Shown: one piece after another, positions 36,366 through 49,510 of the stretch
Position numbering within the stretch: the first letter of the stretch is position 1
How the letters are laid out: each line of letters begins with the position of its first letter
NCBI RefSeq assembly: GCF_963921235.1
Contig: NC_086108.1
Span: 13,144,001-13,208,000 of the forward strand
DNA: 64,000 nucleotides
DNA from: Mobula hypostoma
Lineage: Eukaryota
Direction of reading: 5' to 3'
Translations under genes and position numbers: made by a program
Notes under the pieces: generated by a model
Seen by the model: the letters and a program-made list of their open reading frames with translations, nothing else
What the model was told of the DNA's origin: nothing
Databases searched by the model: none

Positions 36366-36909
36366 TTAGAATGAAGTCTCATTCATTCTGGGTCTCGAGG
36401 CAGCTGGTAATTCGGCAGGTGAGCTGAGGGAATTTGCTACTGGCTGGGCTTCCTGTCCGGCGGGACTGGCTTGCATGGGTCTTGATCCCGGTATTGAGTT
36501 GGATTCAGACAGGGTTCTATTTATCACCGAAGTTCTTCTGTCCGACTCACAGCTGAGCCGGCGCAGATCCACAGCACTAAATTCGTTGGAACGTGCCAAC
36601 TCCTGGCAACGCTCCACAAAGCTGCCCCTCTGCCCCAACTTGCTCTCACCCTCAGATGTGGTCAAATTGTCTGCCTGGTGCTGAAAACGCCGTAGCCTCG
36701 CTTCACCAACAGGTTTCAGCATTTGAGCATTTCCCGAGCTAACGAGGTCACTTTTCTCCAGTGACGTTCGAGTAGCAATGGACGACTGCAGGCTATTCAA
36801 ACTGGGAGATCCCTCGCGCTGTCTGGTCAGGCTGGGACTATCCACTCGCGGTCCTCCTGTCCCACTCCGCAGCAGCCTCTCCCGGAACCCATCGGACGTC
36901 AGAAATTGG
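36366..36909 (-). CDS. SHKBP1: SHKBP1 terminal coding exon
   Basis: Polypyrimidine tract, aaacag|C, phase 2. (S)QFLTSDGFRERLLRSGTGGPRVDSPSL...RGSFVERCQELARS...RPRMNETSF*. 'GSFVERCQEL' and the terminal 'NETSF' favour SHKBP1 over its paralogue KCTD3. Confidence 0.9.
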
Positions 36910-37109
36910 CTGTTTCAAGAGAGAAAAAAGGAAAAATAATCTGCAGGAAAAGCCTTCATCTGTCATGAAAACATCAAGCGAGCACAAAACACGACCAGCA
37001 AACAGTCTCACTAACGTTGGCTGAAATTCAACAAAACATGGTGGAGTCACAAGGTCACCTGTGCTGCAACAGTGGCTCCTTCAGAATAAATCAGCTCTCT
37101 TCAGGTCAA

Positions 37110-39890
37110 GCCAAGGCAACTTTATAAACTCTGGTTAGGCCACGTCTGGAATATTGCAAACAATAATGGTCGCCCCACTATAGGAAGGATGTTGAGGCGT
37201 TGGAGAGGGTGCAGAGAGGTTTACCAGGATGCTGCCTGGCTTAGGGGGCGAGTGCTATCACAAGATAACACGTGCAAGCTTGGGTTGTTCTCTTTGGAGT
37301 GGAAGAGGCTGAGGGAAGACCGACTGGAGATTTGTAAGATTGTGGGAGTTTCTTTTTTTCTCCAGGGATGAAATGGCTAATACCAGAGTGCATACATTGA
37401 AGGTGAGAGGGAGTAGGGTCAAAGGGGATGTGAGGGGAAAGTTTTTTTTACTCAGAGAGTGGTGGATGCCTGGAATGCACTGCGTTGTACAGTGGTAGAG
37501 GCAAATATATTAGAGGCATTTAAGAGACATTTAGATGGACACATGAATATGAGGAAGATGGAGGGATATGGACATGATGTAGTAAGGAGGGATTAGTTTT
37601 TGGGGGTTTTTAGACTTACTTTTTAGCCGGATCAATACAACTTTGAGGCCGAACGAACTGTTCTATGTTCTATCTCTAAGGCTGTGTCAGTTGGTTTATT
37701 GTCCAATGTATTGTCCTGTATGACTGTCCATCTGTGTCAGGGTTGTGGCCTTCCACGGCTCAAAGGAACAGGCATCCCAACCAGCATCAGGTCTAGACCA
37801 ATCCAATGGTTTTCATCATCTCCTTTGCACTTTCCTTGTGAATTTGCTATCCTTAAAAGCAGCTTATAAAGACTCAGAGTGGTAGGGTACAGAAATGGGC
37901 CCTTTGCCCCAACCATACCAGTATCTCATCAACATGCGTCAGGACCATAGCCCTCCATACCCTTACCATCCACGTACCTATCCAAACTTCTCTTAAAAGT
38001 TGAAATTGAGCTTGCATGCATCATTTGCACTGGCAGCTCGTTCCACACTCTCACCACTCTCATGTTCCCTTTCAACTTTTCACCTTTCACTGTTAACCCA
38101 TGATCTGGTTGTAGCCACACCCAACCTCAGCAGAAAAAGCCCATTTACATTTACCCTATCTATACCCCTCATAATTCTGTATATCGTTATCAAATCACCT
38201 CTCATTCTACATTCCAAGGAATGAAACATAGAAACATAGAAAACTTACAGCACAACACAGGCCCTTCAACCCACAAAGTTGTGCTGAACATGTCCCTGCC
38301 ATAGAAATTACTAGGCTTACCTATAGCCCTCTAGTTTTCTAAGCTCCATGTACCTATCCGAAAGTCTCTCATCCCTATCATATCCGCCTCCACCACCGTT
38401 GCCAGCAGCCCATTCACCGCACTCACCACTCTGAGTAAAAAAACTTACCCCTGTCATCTCCTCTGTACCTACTCCCCAGCACCTTAAACCTGTGTCCTCT
38501 TGTGGCAACCATTTCAGCCCTGGGAAAAAGCCTCTGACTACCCACACGATCAATGTCTCTCATCATCTCATACACCTCTATCAGGTCACCTCTCATCCTC
38601 CGTCGCTCCAAGGAGAGAAGGCTGAGTTCACTCAACCTATTCTCATAAGGCATGCTCCCCAATCCAGGTAACATCCTTGTAAATCTCCTCTGCACCCTTT
38701 CTATCCTTCCTGTAGTGAGGCGACCAGAACTGAGCACAGTACTCCAAGTGGGGTCTGACCATGGTCCTATATAGCTGCAACATTACCTCTCGGCTCCTAA
38801 ATTCAATTCCATGATTGATGAAGGCCAATACACCGTACGCCTTCTTAACCACAGAGTCAACCTGCACAGCTGCTTTGAGCATCCTATGGTCTCGGACCCC
38901 AAAGTCCCTCTGATCCTCCACACTGCTAAGTGTTTTACCATTAATACTATATTCTGCCACCATATTTGACCTACCAAAATGAACCACTTCACACTTATCT
39001 CGGTTGAACTCCATCTGCCACTTCTCAGCCCAGTTTTGCATCCTATCAATATCCCGCTGTAATCTCTGACAGCCCTCCACACTATCCACAACACCTCCAA
39101 TCTTTGCGTCATCAGCAAACTTACTAACCCATCCCTCCACTTCCTCATCCAGGTCACTTATAAAAATCACGAAGAGGAAGGGTCCCAGAACAGATCCCTG
39201 AGGCCCTCCACTGGTGACCAACCTCCATGCAGAATATGACCCATCTACAACCACTCTTTGCCTTCTGTGGGCAAGCCAGTTCTGGATCCACAAAGCACTG
39301 TCCCCTTGGATCCCACTCTCCTTACTTTCTCAATAAGCCTTGCATAGGGTACCTTATCAAATGCCTTGCTAAAATCCATATACACTACATCTATGGCTCT
39401 ACCTTCATCAATGTGTTTGGCCACATCCTCAAAAAATTCGATCAGGCTCGTAAGGCACGACCTGCCCTTGACAAAGACATTCTGACTATTCCTAATCGCA
39501 TTATACCTTTCCAAATGCTCATAAATCCTGCCTCTCAGGATCTTCTCCATCAACTTACCAACCACTGAGGTCCTAACCTATTTAAGGTCTTTCCTTATAT
39601 CTCGGGTCCTCCAGATCTGGCAACATTCTTGTAAATTTTTCTCTGTATTCTTTCAACCTTATTTACATATTTTGTTATAGAAACATAGAAAACCTACAGC
39701 CACAATACAGGCCCTTCAGCCCACAATGCTGTGCCCAACATGTACTTACTTTAGAAATTACCTAAGGTTGCCCATAGTCCTCTATTTTTCTAAGCTCCAT
39801 GTACCTATCCAGGAGTCTCTTAAAAGACTCTATTGTATCCACCTCCACTACCATCGCCGGCAGCCCATTCCACGCACTCACCACGCTCTG
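37110..39890. mobile_element. Cluster of CR1 fragments in both orientations; the largest (~38225-39570, minus) has an octamer tail
   Basis: WIQNWLAHRRQRVVVDG...QGSVLGP...SKFADDAKIGG; (aaacatag)n tails at 38224 and ~39680. Confidence 0.88.
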
Positions 39891-40585
39891 GCAGGAGATT
39901 GGGGCTGAGAGGGAAAATGGATCAGCCATGATGAAATGGCAGAGCAGCCTCCATGGGTCAACAGGCCTAATTCTGCTCGTATGATTTATGGTCTATCTAT
40001 GCACATCATGTTTGCGTACACTAAGTCCACATATACTTTGCCTATTCAAGTGCTCGTCTAAAGACCTCTTCAATGTAATGATTGCTTCTGCCTGCACCAC
40101 CTCCTCTGGCAAGATGTTTCAGTTTTCAACCATGCTCTGTGTAAAAAAACTTATTCCAAAGATAAATTTCCTACCCCTCACCTTTGCTGTTGATATCCTA
40201 ACCATGGGAAAAACATTTGGACTGTCTACCCCATCTATGCCTAAAATAATTTTATATATTATAAAGCCTCCTTTGTTCTGGAAAAAAAATAAACACAGCA
40301 CGGAGAAAATTTATAAGGACGTTGCCAGGTTTGGAGGTGATATGTTAAACCTGATTCAGATTCTCAAATTTTTAGCTGATCTGTATCCCACTGTAGCCTC
40401 GGACAATCGATCACATCGTCAGTTTTTCCACGATCCAAAAAATTAATTTTACCTTCTACATTCACAACAGATCATGTAATCTTTCACAGTTTCAGAAGTA
40501 GCATTTTGAAGTGACTACTGAAGATCAGCTCTACCAATTCATGCACAGTTGGTGTCAGATTAGAACTTAGGTTTAGACCAATTAC

Positions 40586-40718
40586 CTGGATGACGACAGG
40601 TGGAGGGTAGAGGGCTGGGTGACCGACTGCGCAGGGCTGACATCAGGAGTTCGGGCCAGCGTCAAGTCACACTGTTCAAGTTGCTCCAGGAGCTCCTGTT
40701 GCGTGGGGCCCCCGGACT
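40586..40718 (-). CDS. SHKBP1: SHKBP1 penultimate coding exon (absent from the ORF track)
   Basis: acgcag|AG...CCAG|gtaat, 133 bp, phase 1-2. (E)SGGPTQQELLEQLEQCDLTLARTPDVSPAQSVTQPSTLHLSSS resembles 'GGLTEQELMEQLEHCEL'. Confidence 0.9.
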
Positions 40719-40779
40719 CTGCGTTGGGAAATAATTCAGAGTTTAATGTTCTCCCATGCACATCCTGCCAACACTAACA

Positions 40780-40985
40780 CTGTAAACCCAGTGTCATACA
40801 TCTCTGCACAGAAGGCACACCACACCAATGCAACCCCAGTGTCATATGTCTCTGAACAAATGCATGTCACACCAATGCAACCCCAGTGTCATATGTCTCT
40901 GAACAAATGCATGTCACACCATTGCAACCCTAGTGTTGTATGGTACTGCACAGAAGGCACACCGCACCAGTGCAACCTCAGCCAC
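40780..40985. repeat. 47-bp minisatellite (~4 copies) in a SHKBP1 intron
   Basis: caaccccagtgtcatatgtctctgaacaaatgcatgtcacaccaatg at 40831 and 40878, with diverged flanking copies. Confidence 0.85.
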
Positions 40986-41156
40986 TACCGTGATGACTGG
41001 GCACAACAGGACTGAGAAAGTAAGAGGGGACACAAGAAAGAGGTGGCGAGTTCAGGCAGCACAGGGAGTGAGGCGAGGAGAGGTGTGCAACCAGGGTCTT
41101 TAAACCAAACCGCTTTGCCCGTTTACCCCCCTTCCTCCTCCCGAGAGCCACTTTAC

Positions 41157-41341
41157 CTGCACTTGCTGCTTTGCCGACGGCCTCTATTGCAGTTGTGAGG
41201 TCCCACATCTGAATGCTGCCATTGGAGTGCCCCGTGAACAGGTATCGTCTGGTCCGTGAGCTGATGCGGCTCGAACCCTCACATTCGTGGACAGTGAAAG
41301 CTGTGATGCCAAGTCCATCCACTGAACGGATCTCACAGACC
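41157..41341 (-). CDS. SHKBP1: SHKBP1 internal exon (WD-like repeat)
   Basis: cccacag|G...GCAG|gtaaag, 185 bp, phase 2-1. (R)[61 protein letters not shown]. Confidence 0.94.
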
Positions 41342-42324
41342 CTGTGGGAAGTTGGGAAAGTATAAGGCTTGTCCATTGAATGACATTGCAAGGATTTTTT
41401 TCCCCACGAATCTCCCCAGGACTTTCCGAATCCCTCTCTGTTTGTCAGAAAGGCTGCAATTCCACAAACACGTTCGCCAAAATTGTGCCCATACCCATTT
41501 TCAGTAAAATCAAACATAAAAACAAAATGGTGGAAATAACTGACAAGAAACCAGCATCTGTGTGGAGAGAACAGTAAACAGAGAGGACACAGCATTCAAA
41601 TAAATGGACGTCCATATACTACGGATGTGATGAGGAATTTCTTTAGACACAGAGTGGTGAATCTGTGGAATTCGTTGCCACATGAGGATGTAAGGCCAAG
41701 TCATTGGGTATATTTAAGGCAGAGATTGATAGATTCTTGATTAGTCAGGGCATGAAAGGTTACTGGGAGTAGACAGGAGATTGGGGCTGAGAGGGAAATG
41801 GATCAGCAATGATGAAATGGCAGAGCAGACTCGATGGGCCAAATGGCCTAATTCTGCTCCTATATCTTATGGTCTTAAAATTGGGAAAGAGAAAGAGAGG
41901 AAATAAGTTTGTTTTAAGTTAGAGACTGGACGAGGAAAGATATGGGTAAAATGAAAGGAATTTCTCTGATAGGCTGGGGCCAAATTACAATACAATAGTT
42001 GAAATTATATCTGGTACTCTACTTAGTGGACTGAAAAAGTCAACACTTCAAAGTTCAAAGTCAAATTTACTATCAAAGTACATTTATGTCAACCTGAGAG
42101 TTATTTTCTTGTGGGGATACTCAACAAATCTATAGAATAGTAACTAGAGTGGGTGCAATGAAAGATCAACCAGAGTGCAGAAGACAACAAACTGTGCAAA
42201 TACAAATATAAATAAATAGCAATAAATCACGAGAACCGAGATAATGAGATAAAGGGTCCTTAAAGTGAGATAATTGGTTTTGGGAACATTTTAATGATTG
42301 GGCAAATGAACGTACTTAACCCCT

Positions 42325-43340
42325 AGAGGCCTGTGACTAGTGGTGTGCCACAGAGAACAGTGCTGGGCCCTTTGTCGTTTGCTATCCATATATCAATGAT
42401 CTGGATGATAATGTGGTTAACTGGATCAACAAATTTGTAGATGACACCAAGACTGGGGGGGGGGGGGGGTTTAGTGAACGGTGAGGAAAGCTATCATGGT
42501 TTGCAGAGGGATCTGCATCAGCTGGAAAAATGGGCTGAGAAATGGCAGAAGGAATTTAATGCAGACAAGTGCGATGTTTTGCACTTCAGTAGGACCAACC
42601 AGGGTAGGTCTTACAGAATGAACTGAGGAGTGTGGTAGAACAAAGGGATCTGGAAACACAGGTACTCAATTTGTTGAAAGTAGAGTCCCAGGTAGATAGG
42701 GTTGTAAAGAAAGCTTTTGGCAGATTGGCCTTCATACATCAATTTATTGTGTACAGGAGATGGGATGTTATGTTGAAGTTGTACAAGATATTGGTGAGGA
42801 CTAATTTGGTGTGCAGTTTTGGTCACCTACCTACAGGGAAGATGTAAATAAGGTTGAAAGAGTACAGAGAACATTTACAAGGATGTTTGCCAGGACTAGA
42901 GAACCTGAATGAAAAGGAAAGATTGAGTAAGTCAGGACTATATCCCTTGGAGTGTAGAAGATTGACAGGAGATTTGATAGAGGTATACAAAGTTATGAGG
43001 GGTATAATTAGGGCAAATGCAAGCAAGCTTTTTCCACTGGGATTGGGTGGGACTGCAGCCAGGCATCATGGGTTAAAGGTGAAAGGTGAAAAGTTTAAGA
43101 GGAACATGAGGGGAAACTTCTTCACAAGAGAGCGGTGAGAGTGTGGAACGAGCTGCCAGTGCAAGTGGTGCACGCGACCTTGATTTCAACGTTTAAGGGA
43201 AGTTTGGAAAGGTACACGGATAATAGGGATATGGAGGGCCATGGTCGTGGTGCAGGTCGATGGGAGTAAGCAGTTTCAAAGGTTTCATCTTGGACTAGAT
43301 GGGCTGAAGGGCCTGTTTCTGTGCTGTACTTCTCCATGAC
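42325..43340 (+). mobile_element. CR1 LINE 3' fragment
   Basis: LQRDLHQLEKWAEKWQKEFNADKC; RRLTGDLIEVYKVMRG. Same subfamily as 10340-11480. Confidence 0.88.
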
Positions 43341-44425
43341 TATTACCCTATGACTAAGATCCCCAAGGATCAGAAAATAAACAGACCCATCAGCCTTATT
43401 GTCTGTTCTGATGAAGAATTCTCCAACAGCAATGTTAACTGCTTCTACAGATTCTGTCTGACCCAAGTGTTTCCAGTGTCTTCTGTTTTACAGGGGTTTA
43501 GTGCCATGGACCAATACCATGAAGCAAGGGGTCCATGGACCCCAGGTCGCAAATCCCTGGTCTATGGTAAAGATGAGTCTATAGTTGGGGGCAGAATGCA
43601 GCAAGTTGCTCAGTGGAGGACAGACACTTCCCCTCTGTTGAGGCAATGGAAATATGACATGACAGAAGGAAAATAGGACAGTCAGATGAATTGAACTCCA
43701 GATCCAGCACCATTTCAGAACCCAGGTCCTAGGCCCTGGACCAATGTCAGCTGCTCTTTTGCCAACACCAAGAGCAAAACGCAATGGATCTCTCTCATCT
43801 AACCCAAAACAATTGGTGGTGTCACTCATCCACTCAAACACTAGTATTCCTCACACATCCAACGCTTCAATGATCCCACCATCCCACAATCAAACTGGGA
43901 TCACAAGACACTGGAGCAAAATTAGGCTATTCAGCCCATTGAGTCTGCTCCACCATTTCTCCATGGTTGATCCATTTCCCTCTCAGCCCCAATCTCCTGC
44001 TTTCTCCCCTAACCCATCACACCCTGACTAATCACGAATCCAGCAATCTCCACCTTAAGTACATTCAATGACTTGGCCTCCACAGCCATTTGTGGAAACA
44101 AATTCCAGAAATTCATTGCCCTCTGGCTGAAGAAATTCCTCCTCATCTCTGTTTTAAATAGATGTGCCTCTATCTGAGGTTGTGTCCTCTGGTCTGAGAC
44201 TCCCCCACTATAAGAAATGAAGCATCCTCTCCACATCCACTCTTTTGAGGTACTTCAACATTCGATAGGTTTCAATGAGATCGTCAACTAATTTTTCTGA
44301 ATTCCAGTGAGTATCAGCCCAGAACCATCAAATGCTCCTCATGCGATAAGTCTCTCAATCCTGGAATCATTTTTGTGAACCTCCTTTAAACCCTCTTCAA
44401 TGTTAGCAAGCCTTTTCTTAAATAA

Positions 44426-44922
44426 ACGCAAAGTAATCTGCAGGTGCTGAGGTCAAAACGACACTCACAACACGCTGGAGGAACTCAGCAGGTCGGGCAG
44501 CATCCATGGAAACGATCAATCAACGTTTCGGGCCGGAACCCTTCGTCAGGACTGAAGAGGGAAGGGGCAGAGGTGCGGGGAGGGTGGGAAGGAGAAGGCT
44601 GGTAGGTTCCAGGTGAAAAACCAGTATGGGGAGGGGAAGCAGGGAGGTGATAGGCAGGAAAAGTGAAGAAAGGTTCCTCCTTCACCTTTCCTGCCTGTCA
44701 CCTCCCTGCTCCCCCTCCCCCATCCCTTTATCTTTCCCCTTACTGGTTTTTCACCTGGAACCTACCAGCCTTCTCCTCCCCACGCTCCCCCCACCTTCTT
44801 TATAGGGCCTCTGCCCCTTCCCTTTTCAGTCCTGACAAAGGGTTCCGGCCCGAAACGTTGACTGATCGTTTCCACGGATGCTGCCCGACCTGCTGAGTTC
44901 CTCCAGCGTGTTGTGAGTGTTG
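44426..44922. mobile_element. Fold-back Penelope-derived insertion with a 14-bp TSD, inside a CR1 fragment
   Basis: Arms ~44461-44673 and ~44676-44920 are reverse complements. TSD cttttcttaaataa at 44412-44425 and 44923-44936. Confidence 0.88.
44517..44554 (-). ncRNA. Minimal type I hammerhead ribozyme motif (core intact)
   Basis: CAGUC-CUGACGA-AGGGUUCCGGCCC-GAAA-CGUU-GAUUG: stem I CAGUC/GAUUG, stem II GGG/CCC, palindromic ACGU stem III, GUU cleavage triplet. Confidence 0.65.
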
Positions 44923-46373
44923 CTTTTCTTAAATAAGGAGCCCAAAACTGCTCACAGTTCTCCAAGTGATGCCTCACCAGTGACTCATAAAGCCTCAGCA
45001 TTAGATCCTTGCTTTTATATTCTAATCTTCTCAAAATGAATGCTAACATTGCATTTGCCTTCACCACCACTGACTCAACCTGCAAATTAACCTTGAGGAA
45101 ATCCTGCACAATGACTCCCAAGTACCTTTGCACCTCATATTTTTGAATTCTCTCTCCAATCCTTCTACCAAAGTGCATGACCATAAACTACACTTCCCAA
45201 CTCTATTCCATCTGCCATTTGTTTGCCCATTCCCCTAATCCAAGTCCTCTGTGGCCTTCCTCAGCACCACCTGCCCTTTCACTTATCTTCGTATCATCCA
45301 CAAACCCACCAACTCCTGTTACCATCAGCTCCCCTGAAGTGCGGTGCCACTCTGCCTCAGCTCAATCGTCACTAAAACCCACGCTTACACCTCGCTTCAT
45401 CTCCAGATTCGGCTATTTCAATATCCTGCTGGGTGGCCCGACTCATTCAAACTCGCACAAATCATCCAAAACGCAGTTTCTTTTGTACCTGTCACATCAA
45501 GTTCCATTTTGTAATCATCCTCCAGCCTATATCAGCTCCTTCTCTCACAAGCTTCCTATCCTTTCACCTTCTCAGCACCCCCTAACACATCTCCAAATAT
45601 AATCCTTCTATCATTAGCTGCCTTTCCTGGGAGATTCCAAATCTAAGCACCTCTCATTCAACTTCAAAACTTCTGAAGGTTTCAGGAAGTTCAAAGTACG
45701 TGTGTCACCATATACAACCCCGAGATTCACTTTCCTCCAGCATAATCTATAGAATAGTAACTATAACAGGATCAATGAAAGATCAACCAGAGTGCAGAAG
45801 ACAACAAAACGTGCAAATACAAAGATAAATAAATAGCAATAAATAATGAGAACATGAGATAATGAGATACAGGGTCCTTAGCGTGAGATCATTGGTTTGG
45901 GAAACATCTCAATGGATGGGGATGTGAGTGTGGTTACCCCTTTTGTTCAAGAGCCTTATAGTTGAGGGGTAGTAACTGTTCTTTAACCTGGTGGTGAGAG
46001 CCTTGAGGTTCTTGTACCTTCCACCTGATGGCAGCAGTGAGAAAAGAGCATAGTCTGTGTGGTGGGTTTCTGATGATGGATGCTGCTTTCCTACGACAGT
46101 GTTTCATGTAGATATGCTCAGTGGTTGGGAGGGGTTTACTTGTGATGTACTGGGTCAAATCCACTACCTTTTTGTAGGATTTTCCAATCAAAGGCTTTGG
46201 TGTTTCCATACCAGACCGTGATGCAACCAGTCAATACACTCTCCACTACACAACTATAGAAGCTTGTCAAAGTTTTATATGTCATGCCAAATGCTGTGGG
46301 GTGGGGGACAGGCACACAGTCAAAACAAAGCCAGACACCTTGAATCTGGATGACTGGCCAATCCAGGACTCAC

Positions 46374-46470
46374 CTCCTACCAGTTGAGGACAAACGCACG
46401 AAGAGCTGATTGGTGTCTGGGACAACCTTCTGAATAAAAACCTGCTCCTCATCCCGATCTCCAAATGGGC
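46374..46470 (-). CDS. SHKBP1: SHKBP1 internal exon
   Basis: ttctag|GC...GGAG|gtgagt, 97 bp, phase 1-2. (G)[31 protein letters not shown]. Confidence 0.94.
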
Positions 46471-46627
46471 CTAGAAAAGAGTAAAATCAAGAGGAAGTGG
46501 AGTGGACCAGAAGTGAAGTGGGAGTGAGGATGGATGGAGTGGAGGAAGAGGCGGAACGGAAATGGATGGTGGACGGACAAGTGAGGGGGTAGGGATGGAA
46601 TGCACCATTCATCATCAGGGATCTCAC

Positions 46628-46783
46628 CAATGTCCAGTCCTGCCGAGCATCCTCCATGGCCATCCAAGTCTTCCAGGGAGAGTATTTTGAAGGAAGCAAG
46701 TGGAGTAGATCCTGGCTGGGTGGAGATCATTCCCCGGAACCTGGTCACAGTCCACGTTCGGACATGATTGTTATCAGCACACA
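46628..46783 (-). CDS. SHKBP1: SHKBP1 internal exon
   Basis: acacag|TG...ATTG|gtgaga, 156 bp. (V)[51 protein letters not shown]. Confidence 0.95.
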
Positions 46784-49339
46784 CTGTGTAAAAGACACAA
46801 TTGGGAGCTGATTCTACTAATTCGCTTGGTGAATTCCCCCTCTCTCCACTCCTGTAAGGCTTCCGCTCCAGCATTTAGACCATAAGATACAGGAGCAGGA
46901 TTAGGCCATTTGGCCCATCGAGTCTACTCTGCCATGTCATAATGGCTGATCCATTCTCCCTCTCAGCTCCAATCTTCTACCTTCTACCCGTATCCTTTCA
47001 TGCCCTGACTAAACAAGAATCTATCAACCTCTGCCTTAAATGTACCTAATGACTTGGCCAACACAGCTGCCTGTGGCAACAAATTCCACAGATTCACCAC
47101 TCTCTGGCTAAAGAAATTCCTCCTCATCTCCATTCTAAATGGACACCCCTCTATTCCGAAGCTGTGTCCTCTGACCTTAGACTCCCCTCTATAGGAAACA
47201 TGCTCTCCACATCCCCTCTATCAAGACCTTTCAACCACTGATAGATTTCAATGAGATCCCCCCTCATTCTTCTGAATTCCAGTGAGTACAGGCCTAGAGC
47301 CATCAAATCCCCCTCAAATGACAAGCCTTTCAATCCCAGAATCATTTTCATGAACCTCCTTTGAACCCTCTCTGATGTCAGCACACCTTCTCTTAGATAT
47401 GGAGCCCAAAACTGCTCACATTATTCCAAATGAGGCCTCACCAGTGCTTCATAAAGCCTCAACTTTATATCCTTGTAACATATACGTACTTTGATAATAA
47501 ATTTATTTTGAACTTCGAAAATTGATTTCTTCATCCAACAGGAAAAGCAATAACTACTAATCCTGGGTCACTTCACATATCCCTCCACAAACCTGGCTGG
47601 GTGCTTTCTTGCTCGAGGCACCCTTGTGTATCAGGCCGAGTTTGATGAGCTTTTAGGCTGACATGCTTCCCCAAGCATCAGTGCATCTTGGAACAATGCA
47701 TTGGTCCAAGACTCCCCCACCATCAGAAACATCCTCTCCACACACACACTCTGTCAATGCCTTTCAACTAGGCAAGAACCACATGCAGATGGTCAAAGAT
47801 GACCACTGAACGTTAAACCAATCAGTTCTCTTCCACCCCAGCCAGGCACTAGGCTCCTCAGGGCTAATTCCTTCTCTGGCAGCAGAGAAGGAGATGAGGG
47901 ACAGTGGACCTTGAGAGACCAGGCAACTGCTCCAGTTTAGGATTAAAGTCCAACCAGCTGCGTGGACCTTGGGATCGCCTCACTCTTTTTCCAGCCCTCA
48001 CTCTACGGAAGCTGCAATGATGTGTTTCCGAAAATAAATGAGAATAACCAAATGGTACACAAAAACAGTAGGCCACTTGTGCCACTATTCTCTTCATGTG
48101 CCAGTTCACCATAACCCTCCATTCCTTCATCCTCCACATATTTGTCCATCTTCACCAGTGATCTGGCCTCCACCAGACTCAGGGACAGAGAATTCCAAAG
48201 ATCCACCACTTTGAGAAATCTTTACACATCTCAGTTTTAAATGATTGGCTCCTTATTTTGTCTTCAAGGGGTGATGCTTCAAAAAGACGGCGTCCATCAT
48301 TAAGGATCCCCATCACCCAGGTCATGCCTTGTCGTCATTGCTACCATCAGGAAGGAGGTACAGGAACCTGAAGGCACACACTCAATGATTCAGGAACAGC
48401 TTCTTCCACTCTGCCATCTGATTTCTGAATGAACATTGAACCTATGAACATTACCACACTACTTTTTTTCTTTCTAATTGTGCACTACTTACTTAACATA
48501 ACTAAATATATAACTTAACTAAATACAACTACCCTGTGAAGCCCCTTAAGAGCTTAGGTTGAGTCAGTGGTGAGGAAGGCAAATGCAATGTTAGCATTCG
48601 TTTGCTGAAGACTCAAAATATAAAAGCAAGGATATAACATTGAGGCTTTCTAAAACACTGGTGAGGCCTCACTTGGAGTATTGTGAGCAGTTTTGGGCCC
48701 CTTATCTTAGAAAGGATATGCTGAAACTGGAGAAGGTTCAAAGAAGGTTCACAAAAATGATTCCAGGATTGAATGGCTTGTCATATGAAGAGTGTTCGAT
48801 GGTTCTGGGCTTGTACTTATGAATGAGGGGTGACCTCATTGAAACCTACTGAATGTTGAAAGGCCTCGATAGAGTGGATGTGGAGAGGATGTTTCCTACA
48901 GTGGGGGAGCCTAAGACCAGAATCGAGGGATATCCATTTAGAACAGAGATGAAGAGGAATTTCTTTAGCCAGAGAGTGGTGAATCTGTGGAATCAGTTGC
49001 CATAGATGGTTATGGAGGTCAAGTCACTATGTATATTTAAGGAAGAGGTTGTTAGATCAGGGCATGAAGGGATATGGCGAGAAGAAAGTAGATTGGGGTT
49101 GAGAGGGAAAATGGATTAACAATGATGAAATGGCAGAGCGGACTTGATAGGCCAAATGGCCTAATTCTGCTCCTGTATCTTACTTACGTTCTTAAAATCT
49201 TGTCTATCTGAATGAAGTAACCCTCAGTTCTTCTAAACTCACAGCAATACAAACCCAAAGCACCCACACTGCCATGATACGTCAATTCAGGAATCAAAGC
49301 ACGAGAAGAAGATCTAACAAGGAGAGACAAACTCCCTAC

Positions 49340-49510
49340 CTGAAATGAGATTACGTTCGGACAGTCGAATCTTGGTGATGGGGCTTCGGTGGACACTGAA
49401 TGTCTGAAAGAGCTGAGGTCCTGATCCCACCGTCTCGGGATGCTGAACAATCACTCGCACCATGCCAGAGCTGGTCCCGTACGCAATCTCAATCCAGTTC
49501 CCACTGTCGC
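49340..49510 (-). CDS. SHKBP1: SHKBP1 internal exon
   Basis: gacag|GC...TCAG|gtaggg, 171 bp. (S)[56 protein letters not shown]. Confidence 0.95.

Noticed and set aside
7855..40985. Common origin of the three ~47-bp minisatellites
   Set aside because: The unit sequences are unrelated, so the shared period is probably coincidental.
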